Below are positions 9,931 to 24,704 of a stretch of DNA of 64,000 nt, in pieces. Position numbers and translations under genes: made by a program. Each line of letters opens with the position of its first letter. The first letter of the stretch is position 1. The DNA is from an uncultured Bacteroidales bacterium (lineage in GTDB: Bacteria; Bacteroidota; Bacteroidia; Bacteroidales; VadinHA17). A model generated the notes under the pieces. The model was not told the origin of the DNA and did no database searches. It worked only from the letters and a program-made list of their open reading frames with translations. The stretch is from positions 801 through 64,800 of the forward strand of contig CAWALO010000022.1 of the NCBI GenBank assembly GCA_963782945.1, given 5' to 3'.

Positions 9931-10683
9931 CCCCAGCTGACAAAATCATCAAGCGGTTTGGTCAGAAAATGGCTCTGTACTGAACAACTCTCTTTAGAAA
10001 AATAGATTCGCCAGATGGAGGAGCCGCGGTTCCTCTTAGTTTTAGAGGAAAAGTTGGAGACGATCTGAAGTCTTATTTGTAGATCTCTTTCCTATGCCCA
10101 AGTGAAACTAAGGTAACTATATCTAAATTTTAAATACTTAGGAGTCAACTTTTTCCTTACAATTTACATTCAGAAGAAAGTACCGATGCTCGAGAACCAC
10201 CTGGAATATTACAGGAAATCAGACGGTGTTAAAATGAAGAATACTTTTAGTTGCAACCCGCTATAAGAAATTTTAATCTTGCAGGTAACCTATTGGAACT
10301 ATCAGTACACCATAGGGCCGCCTGTATGCAACCTGCCCCCTGTTAACACCATAAGAAAGGAAGGCCTATTCGTGTTTTCAGTTTTATTTTTTTAATTAGG
10401 TTTAAATAAGAAAGTATTGTAATTAAATCAATTTGAAATAACATTCCGTATTAAAGCTTGCTATTATTACCATTTTAGGCCTCTTTTTACTCCGGTTTTT
10501 GGCAAATTACTATTTCAACTTCAATTGAATCAACATATAATAGAATTGAACTTTTACAGAAGAGGGATTAAATCCAAATCCCTCAGAAAAGGTTCGGAAA
10601 AAAGTTTGGTTAGGGATACTGTAAAAGAGCAAGCGCAAAAGCAATCCCGAACACTCGACTCACAACTGTTTTTAGTTGTTTTT

Positions 10684-12336
10684 CTATTCTACAGTAACAA
10701 TAAATTCTTTTTTTAATTCGTTCGGTAAGCGGATATTTGTTGAATTGGGACCCATGATTTTAATGACCTCCGTCATTTCATCGGGAAACCTAAACTCCGA
10801 AAGGATGAAATTTTTTACATTTTTCAAATTCAGGGCCGGAGATTTGGCTGAATTAATATTGATATTTTTGAAGCTGATACCATCCGATTCGCTCAATTCA
10901 ACTCCAAGAGTAGATGTGATAGATACATTTTCCACATTGATGTTTGTAATATTCATTTCGGGCAACCCGTTAAAATACATTGCTCTGCCTGCATTGGTGC
11001 AATTTATGTTTTTAATGTAAATGTTTCTAAAAACAGGAGTTGTTTCATCCACAACCGGTACTAGTAACCCTGATTTTTGACTGTCTCCGTCAATTAGAGC
11101 CTCAACTGCCGATTTCCCACCGTAGAACAAGTCGAAAAGTATGGGTTCTGTTATGATATTCAGCATAGTAATATTCTCTAAATAAATATTCTCAACTATT
11201 CCTCCCCTGCCTCGTGTGCTTTTAAAACGTAAACCAACATCTGTACCCAGAAATTTGCAGTTGGTAACCTTTATATTCCGCACGCCACCAGACATTTCGC
11301 TGCCTACGACAAAGCCGCCATGGCCCTTATAAACCGTGCAATTATCCACAATCAGATTTTCACAGGCCCGCGCACGCCTCCGACCATCCTCATCTTTTCC
11401 GCTTTTAATACAAATACCATCGTCACCGCAATCGAAACTGGAATTAATAATAAGTGAGTTTTTGCATGATTCCAAATCAATACCATCTCCGTTCTGTGAA
11501 TAAGCCGGATTGCGTACCTGTATGTTATCAACAATTACATTTTCGCACATCAGCGGATGAATATTCCATGCCGGTGAATTTTGGAATATTACACCATGGA
11601 GAAAAACATTTTTGCATTCATAAAAACTAATCATTACAGGTCGCAAAAAATCACGGATGGATTCAAACTCCTCCTTACTCTTCAAACCCTGAGGAACATT
11701 CATGCCTGAGATTTTCTGACCTTTCAGAAACTGTTCTGAAGGAACCCAGTAATCGGGACCGTCAAAAACACCACCTTCAGAAGTAAACTCCTTCCACTCG
11801 GCATCTGTTAATTTTTGTCTTTTCAATGCACGCCAGTAATGTCCGTTCCCATCAATCGCACCTTCGCCGGTGATTGCAACATTGGTCAGATTTCGGCCGT
11901 TCACGGGAGATTGGCAACGATAGGTATCCAAACCTTCAAATACTATATCGACCAGTGGGTACATTTTTTTATCAGGTGAAAATAAAATTAATGATCCTTT
12001 TTCGAGATGCAGATTGATGTTCGATTTGAGTGTTATCGGTCCGGTGAACCATACTCCGGCAGGGATATTTAAAATTCCACCCCCTTTTTGCGATAACGAT
12101 TCAATCGCATTTGAAAATGCTATTGTGTTTAATGTAATCCCGTCAGGAACACCACCAAAATCGAGGATGGAAACCTCGTTATCAGGAAAAACTGGCGGAA
12201 CCAAAACAGGCATCTCAAATGGCAGATTCGTAAAGAGATTCGAATACCGGGACTCTTTTATTTCTTTACTTTCGCATGAAAACAAGAAAAAACCCAAAAG
12301 CAGGATAACGTAATTTTTTAATCTATTGATTTTCAT
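10684..12336 (-). CDS. GH28 polygalacturonase-family glycoside hydrolase, lipoprotein
   Basis: NGDGID, GDDGICIKSG, GHGG and RFKS motifs; lipobox LFSC. Confidence 0.92.
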   Translation of the reverse strand: MKINRLKNYVILLLGFFLFSCESKEIKESRYSNLFTNLPFEMPVLVPPVFPDNEVSILDFGGVPDGITLNTIAFSNAIESLSQKGGGILNIPAGVWFTGPITLKSNINLHLEKGSLILFSPDKKMYPLVDIVFEGLDTYRCQSPVNGRNLTNVAITGEGAIDGNGHYWRALKRQKLTDAEWKEFTSEGGVFDGPDYWVPSEQFLKGQKISGMNVPQGLKSKEEFESIRDFLRPVMISFYECKNVFLHGVIFQNSPAWNIHPLMCENVIVDNIQVRNPAYSQNGDGIDLESCKNSLIINSSFDCGDDGICIKSGKDEDGRRRARACENLIVDNCTVYKGHGGFVVGSEMSGGVRNIKVTNCKFLGTDVGLRFKSTRGRGGIVENIYLENITMLNIITEPILFDLFYGGKSAVEALIDGDSQKSGLLVPVVDETTPVFRNIYIKNINCTNAGRAMYFNGLPEMNITNINVENVSITSTLGVELSESDGISFKNININSAKSPALNLKNVKNFILSEFRFPDEMTEVIKIMGPNSTNIRLPNELKKEFIVTVE

Positions 12337-13973
12337 ATCAGTATTTTTTCAATTTTGAACCAATCAATATCTGCCGAACCGGCATCGTTGATAATGCCTT
12401 CACGAAGCGCATAAAAGCCAACTTTAGCCCCAATCCATTTACCTTCGCAGGCTTTAAATGTGTTGCCCAAAGCAATAAACGATTGCCCGTCGGTACTGTA
12501 ACTAAAACTACTTTCAGCACCTTTCGCCACTTGAACCCTGAACCAGATTATATTTGATTCCACCACAGATCCGGCGACTATTTCTTCTTTCGTACCTTTA
12601 TCTGCCTGTTTGCAAACTGCTGACTGAAGTACCAATTTTCCATTCTCACGTTTAATGGCAATTCTTCCATAATCGAGCCCCATGACTATCAACCCAATTT
12701 CTTCGCCATCGAAACGGGCATCAAAAGTAAATTTGGCAGTTGCTGTAAATTCAGCAGCCGGGAATTTCTGCAATAACATGTTTGGAACATCCCAGAGATT
12801 TACTGCCTTGGCAGGACGAGGAATGCAATTCAACCTGAAAAAGCCGAGGTTCCCGGAAGCAAAACCCCAGGATGTCTGATAATTGGCGTGCCACTGCCAC
12901 TGCAAACCCAATTGGTTTCCGTTGAATTCATCGCTTTCAGGAGGAGTTCCTTTGGGATAAGATTTGTCAACCTTTGGCTTTTTATAGGTTCTGACGGGGT
13001 CACCACAACCATCGCCATCGTCATCAAGGCCAATCACCGGCCAGTCGTTTACCCATTTCATCGGATTCAGGTGCAATACACGACCATAAGCTCCCAAATC
13101 CTGAAAATTCAGGAACCAGTGTTCACCCGTTCTGGTGTCGACCCAGGCACCCTGATGAGGGCCGTTAATGTCGGTTTTGCCCTGCGCCATCACTGTTTTT
13201 GCTTCATACGGACCAAAAATAGTTGCTGACCGCAGCACCAATTGCCAACCGGTGGCTACTCCGCCTGCCGGGGCAAAAATGTAATAGTACCCGTTTCGCT
13301 TGTAAAATTTTGGGCCTTCAACCGTGGGATGATCTTTGTGCCCGTCGAAAACCATTACGCTTTTGCCAATCAGTTGGGTTCCTTCGGTATTCATTCGGCT
13401 AATAAGTATGATACTTTTTAACCCGGCCCGGCTTCCTGCCAGTGCATAAGCCAGGTATGCTTTTCCGTCATCGTCCCAAAGCGGTGAAGGATCGATCAAA
13501 CCTATCCCACCCTGCACCAAAACGGGCTCTGACCACGGACCGGCAGGATCCGCAGCCTTTACCAGGTAAATGCCAAAATCAGGATCAGGGTAATAAATGT
13601 AGAATTCGTTTTTATGGTAGCGAATGCAAGGCGCCCAAACACCACCGCCGTGCTGCACTTTGTTGAACACGTCAAACGGAGGCAGTTTTGGCAATGCATG
13701 CCCGATCAGTTCCCAGTTGACCAAATCGCGCGAGTGCAAAATGGGCAGTCCCGGCACACAGTTGAACGACGAAGCAGTCATGTAATAATCTTCGCCAACG
13801 CGAACTACATCGGGATCGGAATAATCGGCATGCAAAACAGGATTGGTGTAGGATCCATCGCCATTATCGGCAACCCACGATTTCGAGATTTCGTTTGTAT
13901 TTTGTGCCTGAACCGAAATGGTGACAATCAAACAAGATGAAAAGGCGAAAATTAATAATAGCTGTTTCATCAT
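12333..13973 (-). CDS. GH43 beta-xylosidase/arabinofuranosidase with C-terminal beta-sandwich
   Basis: NPVLHADYSDPD, SRDLVNW, WAP, IDP, EGP and HQG motifs; signal peptide. Confidence 0.9.
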   Translation of the reverse strand: MMKQLLLIFAFSSCLIVTISVQAQNTNEISKSWVADNGDGSYTNPVLHADYSDPDVVRVGEDYYMTASSFNCVPGLPILHSRDLVNWELIGHALPKLPPFDVFNKVQHGGGVWAPCIRYHKNEFYIYYPDPDFGIYLVKAADPAGPWSEPVLVQGGIGLIDPSPLWDDDGKAYLAYALAGSRAGLKSIILISRMNTEGTQLIGKSVMVFDGHKDHPTVEGPKFYKRNGYYYIFAPAGGVATGWQLVLRSATIFGPYEAKTVMAQGKTDINGPHQGAWVDTRTGEHWFLNFQDLGAYGRVLHLNPMKWVNDWPVIGLDDDGDGCGDPVRTYKKPKVDKSYPKGTPPESDEFNGNQLGLQWQWHANYQTSWGFASGNLGFFRLNCIPRPAKAVNLWDVPNMLLQKFPAAEFTATAKFTFDARFDGEEIGLIVMGLDYGRIAIKRENGKLVLQSAVCKQADKGTKEEIVAGSVVESNIIWFRVQVAKGAESSFSYSTDGQSFIALGNTFKACEGKWIGAKVGFYALREGIINDAGSADIDWFKIEKILI

Positions 13974-13985
13974 CGGTTAATTCTG

Positions 13986-15392
13986 TTAATTATTCGTTTC
14001 TAAAATCAGTACCCAGTCGTTCCCGTTTTCAGGGTCTCCCGGTGGATCAAATTCGGCAAATTCGGCTTTCCTTAATGTTCGGCCATCAATCAGGTTGCCA
14101 TCGCGCGGACAAAACCATGAAAGCCTGAATTCAACTCCCGATAATTTTTCCTGATTCAGGCTGATCGATCTTCCGTTGTAGCTGTAAACCATCAAACATT
14201 TTTCACCACGAAGAGCCGCCTGATAATCGTATCGTTCACCCTGATTGGTTACCAGGGAATAATCGGGAACTAAGTCTGAAAAATGATATTTCAGCATCAG
14301 GTTTTTCAGGTGACCCATTTGCCATGCCCCCGGACTATTTATTGCCTTCTCCCAGGACTGGCTTGCCCCGTAGGCCCCTGGTTTTCCGTCGGGTTTGTAA
14401 AATTGCATCACCGAATTATTTCCATAGGTAAATCCACAGGCTCCTGAGAAAACCGACCAGTAAGCATATCGGCGCAAATCATTGTCGTTCCAGCGGGGTT
14501 GTAAAGTATCGTGCAGTCCCTGCGGAATTCCTTCGTACGAAGGTTCACCATCCAGAGTAGGCTTAACAGGTTTTTTCACGTAATCGGCCTGAACATAGCG
14601 CCAGTTGTCTTCACCATAGCGTGTGTCGTTTCGCGCGGTATCCTGGTCGTACCGGCGATGACCCGACTGAAACATATTGAAATTGAGCCAGGGTTCGTCG
14701 TGAAACCAGGTAGACGATTGTGTCCTTCCAAACGGATGGAAAGTAATCAGATGCCCGGGAGCAAATTTTTTGAGCGTTTTCCCGATGGTTTTCCAAACCT
14801 GAATCGAATCGCTCCCACGCACATCGCCGCCGTTCAGCCAAACAATGTTTGATTGGTTGCAGTATCTTTTTGCCAGAAATTCGGCGTACTTTTCGGCTTG
14901 CCGCGAGCTGACATGTCCAACTCTTACGTTGCTTCCCCAAACAGGAACCAAACCAATATAGATGCCTTTGTCTGCCGCCTTATCAATCACATAATCCACA
15001 TGGTCCCAATAATCATATTGTACCGGGTCCTCAAAATTATTTCCTTCAGTAACCAGCGGAGTCGCTACATCCATATTAATTAAAGCAGAATCGCCATACG
15101 TATTTTTTGTATTTAAGGAATGCAATACCATAACCTGAATGACATTGAATCCTTTGTCGGCTCGGTCAGTCAAATATTGATCAGCCTCCTCGCGATTGAG
15201 TTTTGTGAAAAGCAGCCAGCCTGTATCACCCAACCAGAAAAATGGATTACCTTTCTCATCGACCAGAAAACGATGGTTCTCGGATACTTTCAAAGCAGGC
15301 GGACCTTCTTTTTCAGATTGAACCCTTTGAGAACAAGCCACGATTACAATTGTCAGGACTAATAAAACCGAAGTAATAATTAATTTATTCAT
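13986..15392 (-). CDS. GH140 (DUF4038) apiosidase-like lipoprotein
   Basis: LKVSENHRFLVDEKGNPFFWLGDTGW, GFNVIQ, WLNGGD, TFHP, MFQSGH, DGEPSYE and GFTYG motifs typical of BT1012-type GH140. Confidence 0.88.
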   Translation of the reverse strand: MNKLIITSVLLVLTIVIVACSQRVQSEKEGPPALKVSENHRFLVDEKGNPFFWLGDTGWLLFTKLNREEADQYLTDRADKGFNVIQVMVLHSLNTKNTYGDSALINMDVATPLVTEGNNFEDPVQYDYWDHVDYVIDKAADKGIYIGLVPVWGSNVRVGHVSSRQAEKYAEFLAKRYCNQSNIVWLNGGDVRGSDSIQVWKTIGKTLKKFAPGHLITFHPFGRTQSSTWFHDEPWLNFNMFQSGHRRYDQDTARNDTRYGEDNWRYVQADYVKKPVKPTLDGEPSYEGIPQGLHDTLQPRWNDNDLRRYAYWSVFSGACGFTYGNNSVMQFYKPDGKPGAYGASQSWEKAINSPGAWQMGHLKNLMLKYHFSDLVPDYSLVTNQGERYDYQAALRGEKCLMVYSYNGRSISLNQEKLSGVEFRLSWFCPRDGNLIDGRTLRKAEFAEFDPPGDPENGNDWVLILETNN

Positions 15393-15440
15393 AAGAGTTG
15401 ATTTTTAACATCGACATCCCATGTCAGTTCAGGATGACTT

Positions 15441-17636
15441 TTACTCAATATTTTTATATTCCACCACCACTTTCTGTCCTTTTTCAATTGTCAGTTCGTA
15501 TTGTTTATCAGCAATTTGTTTGATGGTTCCGGTTTTGCAAAATGGTTTCGATTGACTTTTGAACTTCAGGGTTCCGGTTCCTTCATCCGATTTCACTATG
15601 ATTTCTTTTGTACTGCAATATAAATGGATCTTTCCTTTGGGTGTAGGAACATCACCTTCCATCCAAAGCAATTCACCTAAACAGGGTTCTATAGCATAAG
15701 TCTGATATCCTGGAGAAGTGGGTTTTACCCCCAGAAAATACTTGCCCAGAAGGTAAATCGGACTGGCACCCCAGGCATGGCACAGACTTTTTCCAAACGG
15801 ACGACCATACATGGCCAGAAACTCAGGATTTTTTTCGTGTGGATTATATTTTTCCCAGAACGAAGTTGCTCCCAGGTTAATCATACCTCCCCAGTAGTTG
15901 CGTATTTCATCGAGTACATGTTTTTGTTCGCCAAGGGCACACAAAGCTTCCAGCTCATAAAACCGCATGTATGGCGTAGTAATTTTCAAAGCATCTGGGT
16001 TGAGCAATACATTCTCTTTTACCGCCCTTGTTTTATCCTGATCGAGGTAATGGAACAACACGGCAAACATGTTGGTAAACGGAGTTACCCGGGTGCTTTT
16101 CACACCATTCTCACGGTTGTGGACAAAAGCGTTGTCCCTGTCGGACCAGAAAGCGGTAAAAAGCTTCGATTTCAGGTCGGCAGCCAGTTGGTTGTATATT
16201 TTAGCATTTTCAGCATCGTTCAACAGGTTGGCACACAAAGCCATTGTTTCGAGACTGCGGCAGAAAAGCAACTGTTCGAAGCTTACCTCTCCTGCCTTAC
16301 TCATTTCAAAGTCGGCCCAGTCAATAAACACCCAGTCACCGGGAAGTCCCTGCATCATCCCGTTTTCATTGCGGCGCGAAAGGCAATATTCCATCAGTGA
16401 CTTCATACGCGGGTATAATTGTTCAATCAGCAGTTTGTCTCCGGTATATTGATAGTAATCGTACACACCCATAAACCAGTAGAACGTGTAATCCATGATT
16501 GTGTTAATGTGACTGGTCACTGGGTCTTTCCCACGTAAAGCAAAGGTGGTCCGGGTTACCGAGGGAGAGTCAAAAAACAAATAGTAATTCATAAGGTAGC
16601 TCTGGTAAGCGTCGCCACTCCAAATCCAACGGTCGCGCTTGATCCCGTCGATAAAAAACTCGCGGGTGGTGAGGTGCAGGGTATAAGCCGACACATCCCA
16701 GATCTTATTGATTTGCTCATCGTTACACCTGAAACTACCTTTGCAGTCGAGTGGCAGATATTCGTATAGCATTGAAAGCGAGTCGTAAGTCAGGCTGTTA
16801 TCTTTTTCAACATAAACATACCTGAACGCTTTTGACAACGAAACTGTGTAATCACTTGCATTACTTAAATCAACAGGCAGACGATCAAGGGTTTCGCAAT
16901 GACCGACCGACAACGCTTCTTCTGCCGATTCGCCGTAATACATATTCAAAGTACCTTTGCCTTTCAGTCCGTTAAATTTCACGAAGCCGAAAGTTTCTTT
17001 CCCGAAATCGTACAACATACCCAGGTTTTTCTTTTCGGCTGAAACTGCCGACATAGGTGTAGTAGCCAGTTTGAATGCTGATGGAAGGGTTTCAGCAGAA
17101 TTGAAATTCCAGGAAGCCGCGTCGAGGTAAACGGTTCCGGAGGAAGTATCCGAAGCTTTTCCCGATTCATCAATCCATTCCTTGTCTTCGTAAGTAACTT
17201 TCCAGCTATTGTCCGACCGGATTGTTTTTCCGTCTACAAAAATTGCAGGTGGACTGCTCTGGTTGTGTACTTTGATGTTTATTGAATGTCTGCCTGCCGG
17301 GATAGTCAGCGTTTCGGGCATACCGAACAGGAGTTTTCCGTCGAGTTTAACATTATACTGGCCTTCGGCTTTCAGGCTGATGGTTTCTTCTTCAGCCAGA
17401 TCGAGCTTTTTTGAGAATTCTACCAGTACATAATGGCTGTCCATTTTCCAGAAAGGAGGAAAGAATGAGCCCCTTTCGCTGCGCCGGTTTTGCATCTGGT
17501 TACTTAACCAAATGTCGTAATCGCCTGGATACCAAATCCATGTTGCGTGTTGGGCCTGTGCCATTGGTGTGAAGGCCAGCACAAACAGGATAACCGGAGC
17601 GAAGTGTTTGAAAGTGTGGGAGTAAGTTTTTCCCAT
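15441..17636 (-). CDS. GH78 alpha-L-rhamnosidase, BT1001-like
   Basis: ATWIWYPGD...FFPPFWK N-terminus; DGIKRDRWIWSGD; GATSFWEKY; SLCHAWGASP. Confidence 0.9.
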   Translation of the reverse strand: MGKTYSHTFKHFAPVILFVLAFTPMAQAQHATWIWYPGDYDIWLSNQMQNRRSERGSFFPPFWKMDSHYVLVEFSKKLDLAEEETISLKAEGQYNVKLDGKLLFGMPETLTIPAGRHSINIKVHNQSSPPAIFVDGKTIRSDNSWKVTYEDKEWIDESGKASDTSSGTVYLDAASWNFNSAETLPSAFKLATTPMSAVSAEKKNLGMLYDFGKETFGFVKFNGLKGKGTLNMYYGESAEEALSVGHCETLDRLPVDLSNASDYTVSLSKAFRYVYVEKDNSLTYDSLSMLYEYLPLDCKGSFRCNDEQINKIWDVSAYTLHLTTREFFIDGIKRDRWIWSGDAYQSYLMNYYLFFDSPSVTRTTFALRGKDPVTSHINTIMDYTFYWFMGVYDYYQYTGDKLLIEQLYPRMKSLMEYCLSRRNENGMMQGLPGDWVFIDWADFEMSKAGEVSFEQLLFCRSLETMALCANLLNDAENAKIYNQLAADLKSKLFTAFWSDRDNAFVHNRENGVKSTRVTPFTNMFAVLFHYLDQDKTRAVKENVLLNPDALKITTPYMRFYELEALCALGEQKHVLDEIRNYWGGMINLGATSFWEKYNPHEKNPEFLAMYGRPFGKSLCHAWGASPIYLLGKYFLGVKPTSPGYQTYAIEPCLGELLWMEGDVPTPKGKIHLYCSTKEIIVKSDEGTGTLKFKSQSKPFCKTGTIKQIADKQYELTIEKGQKVVVEYKNIE

Positions 17637-17669
17637 GGCTCGTTTAATCTTTATAAATGTTTACTTTAT

Positions 17670-19712
17670 TTACCTGACAACGGGCATCCAAACCGACATT
17701 TCTGATTTCCCGCGGTTTCCCCATGCAAAATAAGGTATAAGTCTGATCTGAATTTTACTCAGCTCGCTATTGCTGTTCATCGGTTTATATAAAGCCGAAT
17801 TCCAATTGCCCGGCTTTTGCAGCAAGGCTTCGCCGGTTAAAAATGCGATTTCGGCACCAGCCACTTTTTGTTTTACCGGTTTTAAACTGATCGATGAAGG
17901 GATTACCACATCAAAAATACTTTTTTCGGAAAGGTCGGGCGATTCAATGCAATACACAATCGGGCCACGCATCACCGCTACCTGATTCCGTGTTTCTTCA
18001 ACCAAACGATTGGCTTCCATCAGTTTGGCCCCCATTGGCAGGTTTAGTTCAATCACATCGCCTTTGCTCCATTTTTGATTCAGCACGGCGTACGATCCGG
18101 CTTTTGTTTTTACTGATGATTCTCTACCATTAATCCGGATGGTTGCTTTGTCGGCCCAGCCCGGAATACGCAGACTGATGTCGAACGGATCTTTTGAATC
18201 CTGCTGAATGGTTATCCTGATTTTTCCATCCCAGGGGTAATTGGTTTCCTGCGAAAGCCTTACTGGTCCATTCTTAAAGGTCGTTTTCAAATCGTTGCTT
18301 CCATAAAAATTTATATAGAGTCCATCATCGGATAATGAATAGGAATATTCCTGTAATTCAGCAATTGTTCGGATGGTATTTGGAGGACAGCAGTTACAAT
18401 AACTGATGTAAGGTTCGCGGTTTTTTGACCAGCGCAGGTCATTACTTAATTCATCAACTACACAGAGTGGATTTGTATAGAAGTAGCCTTTACCATCGAG
18501 ACTAACACCGGCCAGAAGGCTGTTATACATAACCGTTTCCATTATATCAGCATAACTTGCATCGCCTGTTATTTGCAGCATCCTCCAGTTCCAAAGCAAA
18601 TTCCCTATGTTAGCACAAGATTCGTTATGGGCGGTGATATTGGGAAGTTGATATTCTCTTCCAAAAGCTTGATGGACTTGTTGTATTGAAGACTGATTGT
18701 ATGTTGTACCATTTGGCGATACACCATCATACAGAGCACCACAAGCACCAGTTATATACAGTTTGTGTTCAACCATATCATGCCAGATGTTGTTTAGTGC
18801 AATCATTAATGAATCATCTCCGGTTTCTGAATATACATCGGCAACACCGGCATATAAATAATTGGCACGGACAGCATGTCCAACAGCCTGGGTTTGTTGC
18901 TTAAACGGAATTCTGTCCTGGTTATGGTCAGTGCCATCTTTAACAAGGCTTCTGATTTTAATCAGATTTGAAGCAAGTTCAAGGTATTTTGGATCACGGG
19001 TAGTCCGGTACATTTCAACAACCCCCATATAATGAGATGGACAAATGGCACTTTGCGCCAGTTCTGCCGAAGCATTTAAATAGAAGTTGCATAGAAAATC
19101 TATGGCTTTTCGTGCAATATCCAATAAATCTGTATTTCCTGTAACACGGTAATGAAGACAGGCCGCAGTCATCAAATGTCCCATGTTGTAGGTTTCAAAA
19201 TCAAGTCTGTTTGCAAACTCATGTTTTTTATCGGGCTCGATTTTTTCTTTTATCGATACCGGAGTATGAATGTATCCATCACTGCGCTGAGCTTTTCCGA
19301 TTACACTGATGATTCTGTTAATTTCATCTTCAAGTTTCTTGTCATTCGACCGGGCATAAACCATAATTTCAGCCTCCAGCATCTTGTAAAAGTCTCCATC
19401 ATGAAATGGAGGCCCCTCATGCTCACCTTCATCAAGACCTGCGGCAATCTCAAAATTTTTAAAAGCATGGCTTATTTCATCATCCATATAATTACCCATC
19501 ATGTGGGGAACCATGGAGTTCTTACAAACGTCATAACGCTCTGCCCAAAAACCGCTTGTCCAGCTTACATCACCAATATTTACACTTTGTAACTTAACAT
19601 AAGGACTCCTGCTATAATTTGTCAGCCCCTTTTCCTGTGAATACAGATTTCCGGCAAAGAGCAAAAAAAACAGGATTGCTATTGAGAAACTTATCTTTTT
19701 GGAGGTTCTCAT
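17670..19712 (-). CDS. GH127 glycoside hydrolase, BT1003-like (aceric acid hydrolase subgroup)
   Basis: GPPFHDGDFYK, GHAVRANYLY, HNESCAN, CNCCPPN Cys cluster, YPWDG, LIPYFAWGNRG. Confidence 0.85.
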   Translation of the reverse strand: MRTSKKISFSIAILFFLLFAGNLYSQEKGLTNYSRSPYVKLQSVNIGDVSWTSGFWAERYDVCKNSMVPHMMGNYMDDEISHAFKNFEIAAGLDEGEHEGPPFHDGDFYKMLEAEIMVYARSNDKKLEDEINRIISVIGKAQRSDGYIHTPVSIKEKIEPDKKHEFANRLDFETYNMGHLMTAACLHYRVTGNTDLLDIARKAIDFLCNFYLNASAELAQSAICPSHYMGVVEMYRTTRDPKYLELASNLIKIRSLVKDGTDHNQDRIPFKQQTQAVGHAVRANYLYAGVADVYSETGDDSLMIALNNIWHDMVEHKLYITGACGALYDGVSPNGTTYNQSSIQQVHQAFGREYQLPNITAHNESCANIGNLLWNWRMLQITGDASYADIMETVMYNSLLAGVSLDGKGYFYTNPLCVVDELSNDLRWSKNREPYISYCNCCPPNTIRTIAELQEYSYSLSDDGLYINFYGSNDLKTTFKNGPVRLSQETNYPWDGKIRITIQQDSKDPFDISLRIPGWADKATIRINGRESSVKTKAGSYAVLNQKWSKGDVIELNLPMGAKLMEANRLVEETRNQVAVMRGPIVYCIESPDLSEKSIFDVVIPSSISLKPVKQKVAGAEIAFLTGEALLQKPGNWNSALYKPMNSNSELSKIQIRLIPYFAWGNRGKSEMSVWMPVVR

Positions 19713-19755
19713 ACCAGGTCCATTTAAATTCGATTAAAATATTAATTACTTTTTC

Positions 19756-23157
<3,402 letters not shown>

Positions 23158-24645
23158 TTATTCCTGATAAACCATTTTTACATTATCAAAAATAACATTT
23201 TTGCCTTCTATGATTTCCATATTTTGGACCTTACTTCTAATGGTAGAATTGCGAATGACAAAGTCTTTGACGTCTCTTAACAAAATCGATTCATCACAAG
23301 TAACATCCATATTTTCCAATACTACATTTGTTAGTGGAATTTCAGGAATACATTTAGCTACTATAAAATTATTGTTTGTAATAATTTTCGTATCCCGAAT
23401 AAATATATTGCAAATTACAGGAGTCAGCCTATTGATTGGGCGTTTGGGTAAACGATCGGCAAGCTCACCCACATAGGTACGACTGCCAAGCAGATCCCAT
23501 TCCAATGCATGCTTGCTAATATTCATTACAACTCTTTCATAAAAAATGTTTTCAACTCCGCCTCCACGCGGGCGCCGTGTTTTGAAACGAAAACCTCTGT
23601 CTGTTCCATCAAAAATGCAATCATGCAGATATATGTTGCGTATCCATCCGGCGGTTTCGCTACCTGTGGTGATTGCTCCGTGACCAGCTTCAGAAAGACA
23701 GTATCTAACGACTACATTTTCCGTAGGACGGTTCACACGGATTCCATCTTTATCCCGCCCGGATTTCATTGTAAAACAATCGTCTCCGTTATTTAGAGTT
23801 GAATATTCTATCAATACATTACGCGATGATTCTATGTCTATACCGTCTCCGGTTGGTATCCCGACTGAGTTTACGGTAATACCACGAATGATCACACCAT
23901 CGCAGTAAATAGGAGTTACATTCCATGTTACACTTCGTTCGATAGTGATTCCTTCGATCAATACATTTTTGCATTCAACCAGACAAATGGATTTAGGTTT
24001 ATAAAAAAACCGACCATTGGCACCGTCATATATCCTGTCTTTTACTGGCATATTTTGATCGATGACAACTTCTACTACACCGGGAGGACTTTTTGCAGTG
24101 CGAACCGGAGTGTCCATTTCAGGTCCCACAATTTTACCTTTTCCTGTTATAGCTATATTCTCAGCATTGAGTGCATAAATAAATCCTCCACTCGACATGA
24201 CTTCTATCCCTTCGACACGAGTAAAAACTGCGGGTAGAAAATCTTCTATTTCACCACTTATATGAAGTTCAGCACCTTCCTGAAGATGCAGATTCACATT
24301 GCTTTCGAGCGTAATACGTCCTGTTTCCCAGATTCCCGCAGGAACAACAACGGTTCCTCCGCCACGTTTGCTCACCTTATTTATTGCATTTTGAATATTC
24401 TTTGTTGCTTTTTTCCCCGTTTTTGCCCCCAGCCCTTTTATGGTAAGAGTGTAAGCCGGAAATTTTGGTTTCTCAAGTTGAGGCATATCAAATGGTGCAG
24501 AGATGGGCGCAATTTGGTCGGGCATGACTTCAGCCCCTACCTGGCTTTTGTTTAAAAATGGTTCATTTGATCGGGGCGTTTTGAACTGAGCCCAGGAACT
24601 AAATGCAATAAATGAAAATGCTATGATTATTGTAATTTTTTTCAT
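23158..24645 (-). CDS. GH28 polygalacturonase-family glycoside hydrolase
   Basis: TGDGID, GDDCFTMKSG, GHG and RFKT motifs; signal peptide. Confidence 0.9.
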   Translation of the reverse strand: MKKITIIIAFSFIAFSSWAQFKTPRSNEPFLNKSQVGAEVMPDQIAPISAPFDMPQLEKPKFPAYTLTIKGLGAKTGKKATKNIQNAINKVSKRGGGTVVVPAGIWETGRITLESNVNLHLQEGAELHISGEIEDFLPAVFTRVEGIEVMSSGGFIYALNAENIAITGKGKIVGPEMDTPVRTAKSPPGVVEVVIDQNMPVKDRIYDGANGRFFYKPKSICLVECKNVLIEGITIERSVTWNVTPIYCDGVIIRGITVNSVGIPTGDGIDIESSRNVLIEYSTLNNGDDCFTMKSGRDKDGIRVNRPTENVVVRYCLSEAGHGAITTGSETAGWIRNIYLHDCIFDGTDRGFRFKTRRPRGGGVENIFYERVVMNISKHALEWDLLGSRTYVGELADRLPKRPINRLTPVICNIFIRDTKIITNNNFIVAKCIPEIPLTNVVLENMDVTCDESILLRDVKDFVIRNSTIRSKVQNMEIIEGKNVIFDNVKMVYQE

Positions 24646-24704
24646 TCAAATGAATATATGTATTTAATAATCAATATGCTTGGCTTATTGCATAATCTCT
24701 CATT

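Noticed and set aside
10249-10264. agttgcaacccgctat matching 61118-61133 at 15 of 16 positions near both island ends
   Set aside because: A 16-mer with one mismatch is expected by chance in 64 kb; only its position is suggestive.
9940-10680. Long non-coding stretch as ncRNA or decayed integrase
   Set aside because: No convincing structure or protein motif recognisable by eye.
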